Shown here one piece after another: positions 20,237 to 29,829 of a DNA stretch of 64,000 nucleotides. The notes under the pieces were generated by a model. That model worked only from the letters and a program-made list of their open reading frames with translations. It was not told the DNA's origin and did not search any database. A program made the position numbers and the translations under genes. How positions within the stretch are numbered: the stretch's first letter is position 1; every line of letters begins with the position of its first letter. Origin of the DNA: Planctomycetota bacterium (GTDB lineage: Bacteria; Planctomycetota; SZUA-567; H5-PLA8); contig JBBRPR010000003.1 of the NCBI GenBank assembly GCA_038227875.1, positions 64,001 through 128,000 on the forward strand, written 5' to 3'.

Positions 20237-21211
20237 ATGCCCGCGCGCAGCTATTCGATTCGAATTCCGCTACTTTCAATGGCCTTGGCGCTGCTCTGCG
20301 TTTTTCTCGCGGCACTGAAACTTACGCCGCGGCAGGACTTCACCGTTTCACTCCCCGCGTTACCAGCGCCGACTTTGAACTCCGCGCCTGGCCGGACCGT
20401 GCGTGTCGCGGCGATTCAATGCCCTTCGCAGATGGGCCGGCTCCGCGAAAATCGCGTGCGGCTCACTGAGCTGATCACGCAGGCCGCGAAGCGCGGCGCG
20501 AAAATCGTCGTGCTTCCCGAATGCGCGGTGCACGGCTATTTCGATCCGCTGGAGGACCTCAAGTGGACACGCTCCACCGAACCTGACGCGCACGAACTTC
20601 CCGCCTCGGACGTGGCTGAACACGTGCCGGGGACGTCGACACGTTACTTCGGAGATCTCGCGCGAACACTGGGCATTTACCTGACCGTGCCGCTGGTCGA
20701 GAGTGATCGCGGCGTGTATTTCAACAGCGTGGTGCTGATGGGCCCCGACGGAAAAATCGCCGCGCGGCACCGCAAGAGCGATCTCTGGAACGAAGGCGAC
20801 AGTTCGTGGGCCACCGCGGGAGTTGGCGACGCCCAAGTGGCATCGACGCCGTATGGTCGTCTCGGTCTGATGATCTGTCACGACTACCAGACGCTGCCGA
20901 AGCAACTGCGTGGCAAGGCCGACATCGTGCTCTACTCCGTGGGCTGGTACGGCCCGAACACGGAAGGCTGGTACAGCGACATGTTCCCGCGCCAGGTCGT
21001 GGTGCCCAACGGCTTCGCCGTGATCGCCGCCAACTGGGCTGCCGCCGCGAGCGACGATCTCTGGCAGGGCGTCGGCTACAGCACGATCTACAAAGCCGAC
21101 GGCACGGTCGTCGCCATGAGCTCCCGGACGAGCGGCAATGACATTGTGTACGGCGATCTGCCAATTCCCGTCCGTCCTGTGTCTCCGCCTGTGGCGATCG
21201 ACGACGAGTAG
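20237..21211 (+). CDS. Carbon-nitrogen hydrolase (nitrilase superfamily) with N-terminal membrane anchor
   Basis: Triad motifs LPEC, HRK, ICHD. Confidence 0.88.
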   Translation: MPARSYSIRIPLLSMALALLCVFLAALKLTPRQDFTVSLPALPAPTLNSAPGRTVRVAAIQCPSQMGRLRENRVRLTELITQAAKRGAKIVVLPECAVHGYFDPLEDLKWTRSTEPDAHELPASDVAEHVPGTSTRYFGDLARTLGIYLTVPLVESDRGVYFNSVVLMGPDGKIAARHRKSDLWNEGDSSWATAGVGDAQVASTPYGRLGLMICHDYQTLPKQLRGKADIVLYSVGWYGPNTEGWYSDMFPRQVVVPNGFAVIAANWAAAASDDLWQGVGYSTIYKADGTVVAMSSRTSGNDIVYGDLPIPVRPVSPPVAIDDE

Positions 21212-21447
21212 CGTGCGAGGTGCTGTTGCTTCGACAGCATCAACTCTGGGACAGCTGTCCCTACGGCGTGATCGAAATTGCGTCGGTTTCTTCGTAAGTA
21301 AATGTCCTAGCGTTCGTCTCTCATTCATACGCAGGCCTATGGTTTATCGTGGGATAACAGTGAATCCCTGAAAAATCTGTGACGCGTCTCTGCTATAGGG
21401 GTGAGCAGAAGCGCGAACAGAAGTTTTTTCACGTGATGGGGACCCTC

Positions 21448-22827
21448 ATGTTCAAGTGGATCGTGATTGCTATTCTTGTGCTGGTGATTCTCGCTGGTGG
21501 CGGTGCGGCGGTCGCCTATGGTCGCGCGGCGAAGAAGCCAGCTAACGTGTGGAAGTCGGCGAAGGTCAAGCGCGGCGATTTGAATACGACGGTGATGGCC
21601 AGCGGCAAGGTCGGTCCGGTTCAGACCGTCCAGATCGGCGCACAGGCCTCCGGTCTGGTGAAAGAAGTGCGCAAAGGTCCAAACGATTCGGTGAAAAAGG
21701 GCGAAGTCCTGGCGCTGCTGGATACCGAGCTGCTCGACGCCGACCGCCGTGCGGCGCAAGTGCGGCTGAATCAGGTACGCGCCGCCGCCGCGCTGCTGCA
21801 GATCCAGCACGACGACCTGCGCCTGCGCGATTTGAAATTGAAGTCGGACCGCGAACACAAAAAGCTCAGCCTCGATCGCGCCAAGGCCACGTTCGATATG
21901 ACCAAGAAAGTCTACGACCGCAGCGTCCCGCTGGTCGGCATGGCCATGTCGCAGCTGGACCTCGAACGCCTGCAGACCGAGGCGCTCAACGCCAACCGCG
22001 ACCACAGCATGCTGAAACTCGACGTGGAACTCTGCGACGTCGACGCCGAACAGATCCTCGCCGACACCCGCAAGCTCGCGGCGCAGGAAGAGCAGGCCCA
22101 GGCCGACGTACTTCAAGCCGAAGCGGCGCTGGCGCGCGCGGAGACCAACCTGCGCTACGCGACGATCACCTCGCCGATCGACGGCGTGGTGCTGGAGCGC
22201 ACGATCGAACTCGGGCAGACGATCGCGGCGTCGTTCCAAACGCCCAATCTCTTCAAGATCGCGTCGACGCTCACGGAGATCCGCATCGAAGCGCACGTTG
22301 ACGAGGCGGACATCGGCCGCATTGCGGCGGGGCAGGATGTAAAATTCGAAGTCGACGCGTACTCCGGTGAATCGCTTTCCGGCCAGGTGCTGATGGCGAG
22401 GCTGCAGCCCACGATGCTCAACAATCAGGAGACGACACCCGTTACCTACCCGGTGGTGATCCGCGCGAGCAATCCTGCCGACGCCGTTCATCCGTTTGGC
22501 AAGTTGCTGCCGGGAATGACGGCGAGCTTGCAATTCACGATCGAACACCGCGCCGATGTGCTGCTGCTCCCCGCGGCGGCGCTGCGCTTCAAACCAGAGA
22601 ACGCGCCAGCGGCCCCTTCACACGCAACCACGGTGCCCAAGCCCGGTGCGGCCTGGGGCACGATTTATCTCGCGGGAAGCGACGGCGCGCTGGTGCCCAA
22701 GTCCATCGCCGTCGGCGCCAGCAGCGCGGACAGTTACGAGCTGATCGAGAGTCCGCTGAAGGAAGGCGACGCGGTCGTCACAGGCGAGAAGCATGATGGC
22801 AATCTCTTCAATGACGAAGGCGACTAG
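21448..22827 (+). CDS. Efflux periplasmic adaptor subunit (MacA/HlyD family)
   Basis: N-terminal TM, ASGKV, TITSPIDGVV, VDEADIG, LLPGMTA. Confidence 0.9.
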   Translation: MFKWIVIAILVLVILAGGGAAVAYGRAAKKPANVWKSAKVKRGDLNTTVMASGKVGPVQTVQIGAQASGLVKEVRKGPNDSVKKGEVLALLDTELLDADRRAAQVRLNQVRAAAALLQIQHDDLRLRDLKLKSDREHKKLSLDRAKATFDMTKKVYDRSVPLVGMAMSQLDLERLQTEALNANRDHSMLKLDVELCDVDAEQILADTRKLAAQEEQAQADVLQAEAALARAETNLRYATITSPIDGVVLERTIELGQTIAASFQTPNLFKIASTLTEIRIEAHVDEADIGRIAAGQDVKFEVDAYSGESLSGQVLMARLQPTMLNNQETTPVTYPVVIRASNPADAVHPFGKLLPGMTASLQFTIEHRADVLLLPAAALRFKPENAPAAPSHATTVPKPGAAWGTIYLAGSDGALVPKSIAVGASSADSYELIESPLKEGDAVVTGEKHDGNLFNDEGD

Positions 22828-22829
22828 CG

Positions 22830-23618
22830 ATGCCTGAGTCTGCAGCTTCTGGAAACGCGGTCATCGCCGCCGATCACATCGTCAAGACGTACGGCGCGGG
22901 TGGCGTGGCGCCCGTGCACGCGCTGCGCGGCGTCTCGTTCGAGGTCCGCGCCGGCGAGTTCGTCGCGATCATGGGCGCGTCGGGTTCGGGCAAATCGACG
23001 CTGATGAATATCCTCGGCTGCCTCGACCGCCCGACCACCGGCACCTATCGTCTAGACGGCAAGGACGTCTCCAACTACACGCGGCGAAACCTCGCGCACG
23101 TCCGCTCGTCGGTGCTGGGCTTTGTCTTTCAGAATTTCCAACTGCTGCCGCGCCTCACGGCTCAGGCCAATGTTGAATTGCCGCTGCAATACGTGAGAGG
23201 ACTCTCCGGCTCGCAGCGCCGCGCGATGGCCGTTCAGTCGCTGACGCGCGTCGGACTGGCCGACAAGCTCGGGCGGCGGCCGTCGGAGCTTTCCGGCGGA
23301 CAGCAGCAGCGCGTCGCCATCGCGCGCGCATTGGTCAACGCGCCCAAGATTCTGCTCGCCGACGAACCGACCGGAAATCTCGACACGCGCACCGGCTTCG
23401 AAGTCCTCGCGCTGCTGCAGGAGCTGCACCGCGGCGGACTGACGATTGTGCTGGTGACGCACGAACTCGACGTCGCAGCCTGTACCTCGCGCCGGCTGCT
23501 GGTTCGCGACGGGCGCCTGGTCACCGATCTGAGGCAGCAACCGGTGGACGCCACGGTCGAACTGCGCCGCCTGGAACAGGAAGCGCTGCTAGAAAAAGCC
23601 GAAAGTGGTGCGGCATGA
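22830..23618 (+). CDS. ABC transporter ATP-binding protein (MacB/LolD family)
   Basis: [33 protein letters not shown]. Confidence 0.95.
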   Translation: MPESAASGNAVIAADHIVKTYGAGGVAPVHALRGVSFEVRAGEFVAIMGASGSGKSTLMNILGCLDRPTTGTYRLDGKDVSNYTRRNLAHVRSSVLGFVFQNFQLLPRLTAQANVELPLQYVRGLSGSQRRAMAVQSLTRVGLADKLGRRPSELSGGQQQRVAIARALVNAPKILLADEPTGNLDTRTGFEVLALLQELHRGGLTIVLVTHELDVAACTSRRLLVRDGRLVTDLRQQPVDATVELRRLEQEALLEKAESGAA

Positions 23619-24805
23619 TCGCGGCACTGCGGCTCGCGTTTCAGGCGCTCTTCGCCAACAAGTTGCGCTCGGCGCTGACGATGCTCGGCAACATCATCGG
23701 CGTGACCTGCGTCGTCGCGCTGATCAACATCGGGTTAAGCGGGCGGCAGTACATCCAGGTGAGTCTCTCATCGATGGGCGAGAATCTGGTCTACGTCTAC
23801 AGCCGCGACGACGACCCGCGCGCCCGCCCCAAGCCGCTGACCGTTCATGATGCGATAGCATTGGCCAATCAATGCCCGTCCGCGAAAGCGGTGACGCCGA
23901 TGGCAAATAAATACGATGCCAACGTGGTCTATGGCAACCAAAACACCAAAGCGATGCTGCGCGGTGTCTGGGCCAGCGGCTTCGATGTCTGCAAATTCAC
24001 CGTCGCAAAAGGTGTGGCCTTCACGGAACTCGACGAACAGGGTGGCAACCGTGTCTGCCTGCTCGGCGACACGATCGTGCAGAAACTTTTCGGCAATCTC
24101 GATCCGCTCGGCCAGATAGTGCGTATTGAAAATCAGCCCTACACAGTCATCGGCACACTGGCGAAGAAGGGTGCGACGCTGGGCCAGGATGAGGACAGCC
24201 AGGTTGTCGCACCGTTTTCGGCCATCCACGACCGCGTCGCCGGCGGCAATGCCGTCAGCCATATTCTCTGCACCGCTCGCAGCCGCGAAGAGATGCCGAA
24301 GTTGAAAGAAGAAATTCTCGCGTGCATTCGAGAACGACATCACGTTCCAGCCGCGGCCAAAAGCGACGTGAAGGCCGCGGATTTTCAGGGCGCCGAGATG
24401 GTCGACAAGATCATCCTTGCCGCGACAGGCTTGCTCGCCTCAATCGCGTTCATCTCGCTCCTCGTCGGCGGCATCGGCATCATGAACATCATGCTCGTCG
24501 CGATCACGGAGCGTACGCGCGAGATCGGCCTGCGCATGGCCGTCGGCGCGACGGACCTGCACATACTATTTCAATTCCTGATCGAAGCCGTGGTGATGAG
24601 CGCTGTGGGCGGAATGCTCGGCGTCGTGGTCGGCATCGGCCTGAGTGTCGTGGTCACGATGGTCCTGGAATGGCCGATGATCCTGAGCACGCTTTCGGTA
24701 ATCGCCGCCCTGGGCTTCTCGGCAGCCGTCGGATTGTTCTTCGGCATCTACCCTGCGTGGCGCGCATCGCGGCTGGACCCGATGGTCGCGATCCGCATGG
24801 ACTAG
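23615..24805 (+). CDS. ABC transporter permease (MacB/FtsX family)
   Basis: [42 protein letters not shown]. Confidence 0.95.
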   Translation: MIAALRLAFQALFANKLRSALTMLGNIIGVTCVVALINIGLSGRQYIQVSLSSMGENLVYVYSRDDDPRARPKPLTVHDAIALANQCPSAKAVTPMANKYDANVVYGNQNTKAMLRGVWASGFDVCKFTVAKGVAFTELDEQGGNRVCLLGDTIVQKLFGNLDPLGQIVRIENQPYTVIGTLAKKGATLGQDEDSQVVAPFSAIHDRVAGGNAVSHILCTARSREEMPKLKEEILACIRERHHVPAAAKSDVKAADFQGAEMVDKIILAATGLLASIAFISLLVGGIGIMNIMLVAITERTREIGLRMAVGATDLHILFQFLIEAVVMSAVGGMLGVVVGIGLSVVVTMVLEWPMILSTLSVIAALGFSAAVGLFFGIYPAWRASRLDPMVAIRMD

Positions 24806-24835
24806 CTGCCCGTTGATAAAATCCCACGGGCAGCT
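24804..24835. terminator. Hairpin between convergent genes
   Basis: agctgcccgt ... acgggcagct 10-bp stem. Confidence 0.6.
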
Positions 24836-24849
24836 CTACAGATTCGAAG

Positions 24850-25676
24850 TTAGCCCCACGGCCCCCGTCCGTGAAAGCCGTAGAGCCGCAGTTGGCGCGC
24901 GGTCGCTTTCGCTTTCACGTGTTCCGGCAGAGTGTACCCCGTGAACGGGAAGAAGCGTTGAGCGAAGCAGCGCTTGCCATAGGAATATTGGAGCAGGTAC
25001 CGCGTCTTGTCGCTCAACACCGCGGCGCCGCGATGCCAGACTTGCGCGTGCTGCAAGGCGACGTCGCCGGCGTTGACGATCAGCGATTTCGCCGCGTGCT
25101 GCTTGTAGCTGGGCAGTTCATCCGGACCGACTTTCGGCGGGTGTTGTCCGGCTCGGTGGCTGTACGGCACGACCTGCGTCGGGCCATCGTCGGGGCCGAC
25201 GTCGGTCAGGTACCATTGCGTGTTCAGGGAAAAGCATGGCAGTTCGATGCGTTCGTCAAGCTCCACGCCGGCCGGCAGCGGAAAGAGCAACTCCTCGTCG
25301 CAGTGCCAGGTGGTGATTGCGAACTCCTTGCCGTTGCGGACGATGTTGTTGGCGATCAGATGGCAGTTGGAACCGAGAATCGCTTCGACGACATCGATGA
25401 CCGGCGAGTAATCAATGTGTTGCGCGAAGATGTCGCTGTAATGAAAGAGCTTCACGCGCAGCCAGTCGCCATATCCCTGCTCGGGCGCGGTGGACGGAAC
25501 TTCGCGGTAGATGCGGTCGATTTCGGAGCGGAATTGAGCGCATTTCTCGCGTGAGATCACGTTCGGGATGACGACGTAGCCTTCACGCCGGAACGTCGTG
25601 GCCAACGCCTGTGTATTTCCTCCGCCGAATGGCGCGGTTTCGTTTCGGGTTCGATCGCCGTGCTTGCAGTCGACAT
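24850..25676 (-). CDS. Phytanoyl-CoA dioxygenase (PhyH) family Fe(II)/2OG enzyme, apparent frameshift near 25612
   Basis: FRREGYVVI, WHCDE (HxD), GPTQVVPYSH, WHRG; RBS and ATG at 25676 are out of frame with the main ORF 24850-25605. Confidence 0.8.
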
Positions 25677-25800
25677 TTCAGATGCTCCTGGGGTTGTGCG
25701 GCTCTGCGCACTGACACCTTCTGAATACCTCGCAAAATCCACCCCCGCCACGGATTTGAGACTTCACAAACAGGGGTCATGGGGGCTAAAATCGACTTTT

Positions 25801-26739
25801 ATGAGTACCCACCCCGCGCAGCGCCATTTCATCACACTCGATCAGATCTGCCCCAGCATGGACCTCGCCAGCGCGTGGGAATACGATCACGACGTCTGGT
25901 ACACCTACCGAAACCCCGGGCATCATTTGTTGCTGATTGAAAAAGGTGCGATCGAAGCACGCACTCCGGAAGGGCGATTTTCAGGCAAGGCCGGCGATCT
26001 GCTCTGCTTCCGGCCGACGGAAGTCAACGAATACGGCAGCGTCGGCGCGATCCGCTTCTACCAACTTCACGTCAACTTCGGAGCACCGCCGCGCGACCAG
26101 CACACCCCGTATCTCGATGAGATCGGCCCGCTGCCCCTGCATCTGTCTCTCGGAGAAGGCTTCGCACCGATGCGGCGCGTCTTCGAAACCTGCTGCCTGG
26201 AGTTATCGCAAAGCGGTGCCGCTCACCGCTTGCGCGTGCAGGCTGCCGTTTTCGAATTGCTCGCCATCGTCGCCGACGCCGCCGGCCGCGACCGCTCCCG
26301 CACGCCGAAGCTCGACGCCTGGCAGCGCATGCGGCTGCGCCTGGGTTCGCAACTGAACGCGGAGATGCGCATCGCAAAACTGGCGCGCGAAATGGGCATC
26401 GGCACCGACCATTTCATCCGGCAGTTCAAACAACGTTTCGGCACCAGCCCCAAGGCCTACCGCACGCACGCGAAAATGCGCGAAGCCGCGCGGCTGCTGC
26501 GCGCCGGCGATCAATCGGTGAAGTCCATCGCCTACGCGCTGGGTTTCCCCGACACCAAATCGTTCTCGCGCATTTTCAAACGCACGCTCGGCATGGTGCC
26601 CTCAGACATGCGCTCACAAACCGGCGCTGTCGGCCTGGCGGACGCACCGCTGCTGGCCGGACAACTTTACCCGATCAATCAACACGTCGTCCCGCCGCAC
26701 GCGGGCACGGACTGGTTCAAAAAGTGGGTGCCGCGATAG
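25801..26739 (+). CDS. AraC family transcriptional regulator
   Basis: IAYALGFPDTKSFSRIFKRTLG; divergent from the PhyH gene. Confidence 0.9.
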   Translation: MSTHPAQRHFITLDQICPSMDLASAWEYDHDVWYTYRNPGHHLLLIEKGAIEARTPEGRFSGKAGDLLCFRPTEVNEYGSVGAIRFYQLHVNFGAPPRDQHTPYLDEIGPLPLHLSLGEGFAPMRRVFETCCLELSQSGAAHRLRVQAAVFELLAIVADAAGRDRSRTPKLDAWQRMRLRLGSQLNAEMRIAKLAREMGIGTDHFIRQFKQRFGTSPKAYRTHAKMREAARLLRAGDQSVKSIAYALGFPDTKSFSRIFKRTLGMVPSDMRSQTGAVGLADAPLLAGQLYPINQHVVPPHAGTDWFKKWVPR

Positions 26740-26750
26740 GCGCTTTTTTA

Positions 26751-26779
26751 TCTCGCGCAAAGACGCAAAGTCGCAAAGA
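26751..26779 (+). repeat. Dispersed post-stop repeat TCTCGCGCAAAGACGCAAAG
   Basis: Copies at 26751, 39531-39558 and (reverse) 52138-52165. Confidence 0.75.
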
Positions 26780-26804
26780 ACTGCTTACGGCAACTGCCTT
26801 CTGC

Positions 26805-28289
26805 CTATTCGTCTGTCGCGGGTTCGGGCTCGCCTTCTTGAGGCAGCACGCCGTATTTCATCAACTTGCGGTAGAGCGTCTTCAGGCCGATGCCGAGCAT
26901 CTTGGCGGCAAGTGTCTTGTTGCCTTTGGCCTTGTCGTAGACGGCGAGGATGAAGCGCTCTTCCACTTCGTCGAGTTTCAAATCGAGCGAGAGCTGCAGA
27001 TCCAATCCGGGCACCGTCGCGGTCGCCGCGAGGCCCGGGCCGGCCAGCGCCGCGGCCATGGGCGACGACGGGGACGTCGGCAACGCGATCCCCGCGCGCA
27101 GCAACACATCTTCGGGGAACGTTTCCGGATTGATCTCGTCGCCGGGCGAAAGCAAGTACGCCCGCTCGACGGCATTGCGCAGTTCGCGCACATTGCCGGG
27201 CCAATCGTAGCGCTGCAGCACGTCGGAAGCCGCGGGTGTGAAGGCCTTCGCGCGATTCTGCTGCGCGTTGAAATCCTTCAAGAAGTGTGCGGCGAGGAGC
27301 GGGATGTCGTCGCGCCGTTCGCGCAGCGGCGGCACGGGAATCTGGATGACGTTGATGCGGAAATAGAGGTCCTGGCGGAAGCGGCCGGCCGCCATCTCCG
27401 CTTTCAAATCGCGGTTGGTGGCGAAGATCATGCGCACATCCGTGCGGATGGTCTCGTTGCCGCCGACGCGCTCGAATTCCTGCTCCTGCAACACGCGCAG
27501 CAACTTCACCTGGATTTCCGGCGGGCATTCAGCAATTTCGTCGAGGAAGAGCGTGCCGCCGTCGGCCAGTTCGAAGCGGCCTTTGCGCATCCGCACCGCG
27601 CTGGTGAACGCGCCTTTTTCGTGGCCGAACAATTCGCTTTCGAGCAGATCGCGGGGCAGTGCGGCGACGTTGACTTTGACGAACGGTTTGCCCGCGCGGT
27701 CGCTGGCCGCCTGCAGCGCGCCGGCGACGACTTCCTTGCCCGCGCCGGATTCGCCGGTCAGCAGCACCGTCGCGTGCGTCGGGCCGATCTGGCGAATCAT
27801 GTCCTTGATGCGCTGAATCGCCGACGAGACGCCGACGAGTTCACTGTCGCCGCGCCGCCGCGTGACCAGCTCCTGTTGGAGCTCCGCGTTTTCGACCTGA
27901 ACTTTGCGCCAGCGCAGCGCGCCTTCGATCTCCGCGCGCAGGCGATTGAGGTCGATGGGCTTGGAGAGGTAATTGAACGCGCCCTTCTTCATCGCCTGGA
28001 CGGCCGTCTCTTCGCTGCCGTGCCCGGTGATCAGGATCACCGGCGACCCGGCCGATAGACGGCGCGCTTCTTCCAGCAACTCCATGCCGTCACCATCGGG
28101 CAGGCGCAGGTCGGTGATGATCATGTCGAATTCTTCGTCGCGCAGCTTTTCACGCGCCGCGCCGGCCGATGCCACTGCCGTGACCTTGCAGCCTTCCCTT
28201 TCGATCACGCCCGCCAGCGTGATGCGCGTGGTCTCGTGGTCTTCGACGAGCAGTACGGTGCGAGTCTGACGATAAGCGGGTGCAGCCAT
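26805..28289 (-). CDS. Sigma-54-dependent response regulator (NtrC/AtoC family)
   Basis: REC domain (DLRLPD), GESGAGKE, ESELFGHEKGAFTSA, WPGNVREL, Fis-type HTH. Confidence 0.95.
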   Translation of the reverse strand: MAAPAYRQTRTVLLVEDHETTRITLAGVIEREGCKVTAVASAGAAREKLRDEEFDMIITDLRLPDGDGMELLEEARRLSAGSPVILITGHGSEETAVQAMKKGAFNYLSKPIDLNRLRAEIEGALRWRKVQVENAELQQELVTRRRGDSELVGVSSAIQRIKDMIRQIGPTHATVLLTGESGAGKEVVAGALQAASDRAGKPFVKVNVAALPRDLLESELFGHEKGAFTSAVRMRKGRFELADGGTLFLDEIAECPPEIQVKLLRVLQEQEFERVGGNETIRTDVRMIFATNRDLKAEMAAGRFRQDLYFRINVIQIPVPPLRERRDDIPLLAAHFLKDFNAQQNRAKAFTPAASDVLQRYDWPGNVRELRNAVERAYLLSPGDEINPETFPEDVLLRAGIALPTSPSSPMAAALAGPGLAATATVPGLDLQLSLDLKLDEVEERFILAVYDKAKGNKTLAAKMLGIGLKTLYRKLMKYGVLPQEGEPEPATDE

Positions 28290-28366
28290 TGAATTCCTCG
28301 TGAGTGCCGTTCGAATTGAATTATGCGGTACGCATCTCCCCCGCGCAAGCGCGCGCTGACGCGCGA

Positions 28367-28481
28367 GGGGCCAGTGTTCAGGGGCCAGGGGTCAGTGGTG
28401 GGTGCGTGCACGGTCGAGAGTGAAGTGCACGCGCGGTTGTGGCGTAGAAGGCAGAAGGCAGTGGCAATGGCAGTAGGCAGG
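28367..28481 (+). repeat. Heptamer arrays (GGGGCCA/GGGGTCA and GGCAGAA types)
   Basis: ggggcca gtgttca ggggcca ggggtca at 28367-28394; aaggcag repeats at 28441-28481. Confidence 0.7.
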
Positions 28482-28553
28482 ACGGCTCGCGAGCCACTAG
28501 CGGCGGTGCTAGTTGATATCGGAATGACGAAGCGCTTGGAATTTGGACCGTTG

Positions 28554-28738
28554 TTGTGTGCCACTGGTGGCTGGCAGTTTAGCCACCAGTGCTGACCTCG
28601 CATGTGGCGCTGATCGGCGGAGTTGCCGGATCGCGTTGAAGCTCGCTCTGTGGCTTTTCCGACTGAATTTTCCGACTGAATACCGCCGTCCGCGAGTTCG
28701 CACTGGTGGCTCAACAGCCAGCCACCAGTGGCACACAA
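28554..28738. repeat. REP doublet (REPIN/BIME-like): two inverted ~47-bp palindromic units
   Basis: ttgtgtgccactggtggctggcagtttagccaccagtgc... versus ...gcactggtggctcaacagccagccaccagtggcacacaa; internal tandem ttttccgactgaa x2. Confidence 0.85.
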
Positions 28739-28776
28739 AAGCGGCCTAAATTGCAGTACAATGCGTCTTCTGCGAT

Positions 28777-29091
28777 TTACTGCTTAGGCATGCTTTTCAA
28801 TTTGAGTTTGATTCCCGCGTCAAGCGTGCGGACCAAGCTAAAGGAATTTTCAGTCGTAGCCCACTTTTCGTCGTAGGACTTAAAGTATATTTCTCTCATC
28901 GCGGCTTCATCGAAATCATGACCGTACTCGATGAGCGCTGCTGGCAAGTTGTGGATGGCATCTCCCAAGTCTCGGAATTGAGCGTCGCTAATATCGGCGC
29001 GCCAATATCCGCGCATATACAGCGCGACTTGATAGAACATAGTGTCCGGCGCTAAAGAAAGGTTCAGGAGCGAGGCGATAGGCATAACCAA
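28777..29091 (-). CDS. Hypothetical protein, lower GC
   Basis: 104-aa ORF with a GGAG upstream, visibly AT-richer than flanks. Confidence 0.5.
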   Translation of the reverse strand: MVMPIASLLNLSLAPDTMFYQVALYMRGYWRADISDAQFRDLGDAIHNLPAALIEYGHDFDEAAMREIYFKSYDEKWATTENSFSLVRTLDAGIKLKLKSMPKQ

Positions 29092-29124
29092 ACATGGCGT
29101 AACTCCACTATAGATTTCTCAACG

Positions 29125-29829
29125 TCAATCGTCCTTCAGCGCCACGCACAGCTGGCACAAATTCGCGTCGTGAACTCCGCCGACGCGGTGGCGCGCCAGG
29201 ATCCGGCGGGAAATCTCGGCGAGTTCGCGGCGCACTTCGCGGCGGCGGCCTTTGATGCGCGCAATCGTCATCTGGTCGTAGGCGGTGGTGGCGTGGCGCA
29301 TCCAGGCGATCACGGCGGCTTCGGCGCGCTCCTCGACGGGAATCCGTTCCGTGCGCGCCACCGTGCCGCTGCCGACGGGCGTGGCGTGAGCGGCGACGCG
29401 ATCGGCGAGCGTCAACGCGAGCATCGCGTGCTCGGGCGCGAAATCGAGGAACTGCAGCACCGCCAGCGAGAATTCGCCGACGTACGCTTCCTGTTTCTGC
29501 TCGCGGCGTTTGGTGTCGGCGACGCGTCGCTTGGCGTACGCGGGCGTGGCGCGCTCCTGTTCGAGCACCGCACGCGCGGCGGCGATGTTGGCGGCCGGAG
29601 CCCACAGGCCCTGTGAAAATTTCTTGCGGCCTGTCACTTCGATCACCTGCCACGACGGTCCGGCGGCCTTCACGCGCCGCGTCAATCCCGCATCGCCCGG
29701 CGGCAGACACGCCCAGTCGCTCGGCGGCGACACGAGCGTTCCGTCCGGCTTGCGAAAGCGATGGCGCTCCGGCGTCGGACTCAAGATCAGGCATTCACCG
29801 GCGCTTGTGCCGGTTGAAACGGTCGTCAT
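29125..29829 (-). CDS. DUF2293 domain-containing protein
   Basis: LPPGDAGLTRR, GSGTVART, AVIAWMRHATTAYD. Confidence 0.85.
   Translation of the reverse strand: MTTVSTGTSAGECLILSPTPERHRFRKPDGTLVSPPSDWACLPPGDAGLTRRVKAAGPSWQVIEVTGRKKFSQGLWAPAANIAAARAVLEQERATPAYAKRRVADTKRREQKQEAYVGEFSLAVLQFLDFAPEHAMLALTLADRVAAHATPVGSGTVARTERIPVEERAEAAVIAWMRHATTAYDQMTIARIKGRRREVRRELAEISRRILARHRVGGVHDANLCQLCVALKDD

Noticed and set aside
21212..21447. Hairpins upstream of the macA-like gene as a riboswitch
   Set aside because: No recognisable aptamer consensus; short stems are expected at this GC content
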